Assembly (NCBI GenBank): GCA_965287045.1
Contig: OZ336879.1
Coordinates: forward strand, 50,220,001-50,284,000
DNA length: 64,000 nucleotides
Direction of reading: 5' to 3'
From: Carcharhinus amblyrhynchos
Taxonomy: Eukaryota
The position numbers were made by a program, and so were the translations under genes. Shown here piece after piece: positions 62,300 through 64,000 of this stretch; the first letter of the stretch is position 1, and each line of letters opens with the position of its first letter. The notes beneath the pieces were generated by a model. It saw nothing but the letters and a program-made list of their open reading frames with translations, made no database searches and had not been told where the DNA came from.

Positions 62300-63180
62300 T
62301 TATCATACCATATCCTTTTACGTTACCAGGGACGTCCCCCTGCTAATGAACTTTATCTAAAACAATCTCCTATATCCTTCCATCTCCAACCCACTCATAT
62401 GCCTGTCTAAGTTACTCTTAGACAACTCCAGCGTGCCTGCCTCCACCACTTTACTTGGCGTAGCATTCCATACCCCCACTACCCTCTGTATGAAAATCCT
62501 CCCTCTAATATGTGTTATACCTCTCCCCCCTCACCTTAAGCCCGTGGCCCCTCGTACTGTGTGTCTCTAACATAGGAAATAGCTTACCTCTGTTTACTCT
62601 ATCTATACCCTTCATAATCCTATATACCTCTATTAGATCCCCCCTCAGTCACCGTCTTTCAAGGGAAAACAGCCCAAATTTGCTCAATCTTTCCTTATAA
62701 CCCAGTCCTCCCATACCAGGCAACATCCTGGTAAACCTCCTCTGCACTCTCTCCAGAGTCTTCACATCCTTCCGGTAGTAAGGCGACCAGAATTGGACAC
62801 AGTACTCTAAATGCGGCCTAACCTACGTTCTATACAACTGCAACATTAGACTCCAGCTCTTCTTTTCTATACCCCTTCCTATAAAGGCTAACATACCACA
62901 GGCTTTCTTCACCACACTCTCCACTTGTACTGCCACCTTCAAAGACTTGTGCACTTGCACCCCCAGGTCTCGCTGCATTTCTATACTCCTTATGGGCTTA
63001 CCCTTTATCATATAACTCCCCCCTACATTATTCCGGCCAAAATGCATCACCTCACATTTATCTGGATTAAACTCCATTTGCTATGTATCTGCCCAATATA
63101 CCAGCCTATCAATATCCCATTGTATTGCCAGACACTGCTCCTCACTGCCCGCCAATCCAGCCATCTTAGTGTCATCAGTA
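62300..63180 (-). mobile_element. CR1 LINE 3' portion
   Basis: MEFNPDKCEVMHFGR...QRDLGVQVHKSLKVA...MLQLYRT. Confidence 0.9.
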
Positions 63181-63318
63181 CACCAAGCAAGGAGCAGCAA
63201 GAACATATTTATGAACTCATTTTACGTAATTTTATGGCCCCTAAGAATTTAAGTATGAGGAGCAGTTACACAAAGTGGAAGAAAAATAGACAAAGCCGAC
63301 CAAGTTCACAAAGCAGAC

Positions 63319-63452
63319 TCAGAAGAAGAGTTATACAGACTTGAATTGTCAACTCTGTTTCTCTCTCCATAGATGCTGCCAGACCTGCTGCGTTTTTCCT
63401 GTGTTTTCTATTTTTATTTAAGACCTGCAGCATCTGCAATATTTTGCTTTTA
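63319..63452 (+). mobile_element. Penelope-like pLTR-derived element
   Basis: Reverse-complement relative of 45735-45862 (AGATGCTGCCAGACCTGCTG...CAGCATCTGCAATATTTTGCTTTT). Confidence 0.6.
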
Positions 63453-63499
63453 CACAAAGTTGGGTCGTATGCCCTGAAAATCTGAATGTTAAGGTTGAT

Positions 63500-63835
63500 G
63501 TATTTGCAGTTTTAAAGATATTATGGGGAACTGATAGAACGGACAGAAAGAAACTTCTCTGCTCTTTGAGGATCAAACCTAGAACTCAGGGACGTAGCCT
63601 AAAGGTTATAGCTAAACTTTGCAGGAGTGAATTTAGGAAACATTTCTACACACAAAAGGTGGTGAGCTTTTGGAACCTTCTTCCACAATCAGCAATGTAT
63701 GAGGTCAACTGTTAATTTTAAATCTGAGATTAATATTTGAAGATTTCGGTTAAGGATATGGGGTAACAGTAGGTGGATGGAGTTAGGTCACAGATTATTT
63801 ATCATCTTATTGAATGGCAAAACAGGTTGTGGACA
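63500..63835 (+). mobile_element. CR1 LINE 3' fragment (degraded)
   Basis: TTTAGGAAACATTTCTACACACAAAAGGTGGTG..TGGAAC = FRKHFYTQKVV..WN. Confidence 0.7.
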
Positions 63836-64000
63836 ATATGACCTTCATCTATTTCTCTAAGTTTCTAAATAAACCCTACTACTTCTGCTTAGTAACAGTT
63901 GTGTGTCTTTTACTTCTGAACTGTGTGCTTTTTAAGGTTCTCCCCAGTGAAAGATGGAAGTGTAGTGGCTGTCTACAGGGCATCTGTGCCTGCCTAGTGG

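Noticed and set aside
1-64000. CRISPR array or bacterial-type defence or operon system
   Set aside because: Repeats are dispersed retroposons and MITEs with no regular repeat-spacer period; the genes are spliceosomal.

Overview
Eukaryotic, repeat-rich vertebrate DNA. The repeat set (HE1-type V-SINEs, SacSINE1-like Deu-SINEs, CR1 LINEs, PIF/Harbinger relics, Penelope-derived elements) points to a shark or other chondrichthyan genome (inference). On the + strand are the last seven coding exons of NOX4 (61, 82, 120, 109, 69, 101 and 121 nt). All have GT-AG boundaries and splice in frame through the FAD/NADPH-binding dehydrogenase domain to ...EYNKESFS*. On the - strand is the last coding exon of tyrosinase (TYR), with its TM helix and EERQPLL dileucine signal, tail-to-tail with NOX4 as in mammals. 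The rest is intron or intergenic sequence full of nested mobile-element relics. I found no prokaryote-style system, CRISPR array or intact RNA gene. Best leads: (1) a two-copy V-SINE variant with an unexplained ~200-nt CpG-rich head, both copies starting at a 3'-splice-site-like CAG|G and one lying sense in the last TYR intron; (2) clustered changes in conserved NADPH-binding motifs of this NOX4 (WVCRD->WVCKE, GRPRW->GKPRL); (3) an uninterrupted Harbinger Myb/SANT exon antisense in a NOX4 intron; (4) Penelope-type hammerhead relics and hairpins; (5) inverted SINEs around an in-frame NOX4 exon. Family assignments come from recalled consensus and protein motifs, not database searches. Repeat boundaries are approximate.
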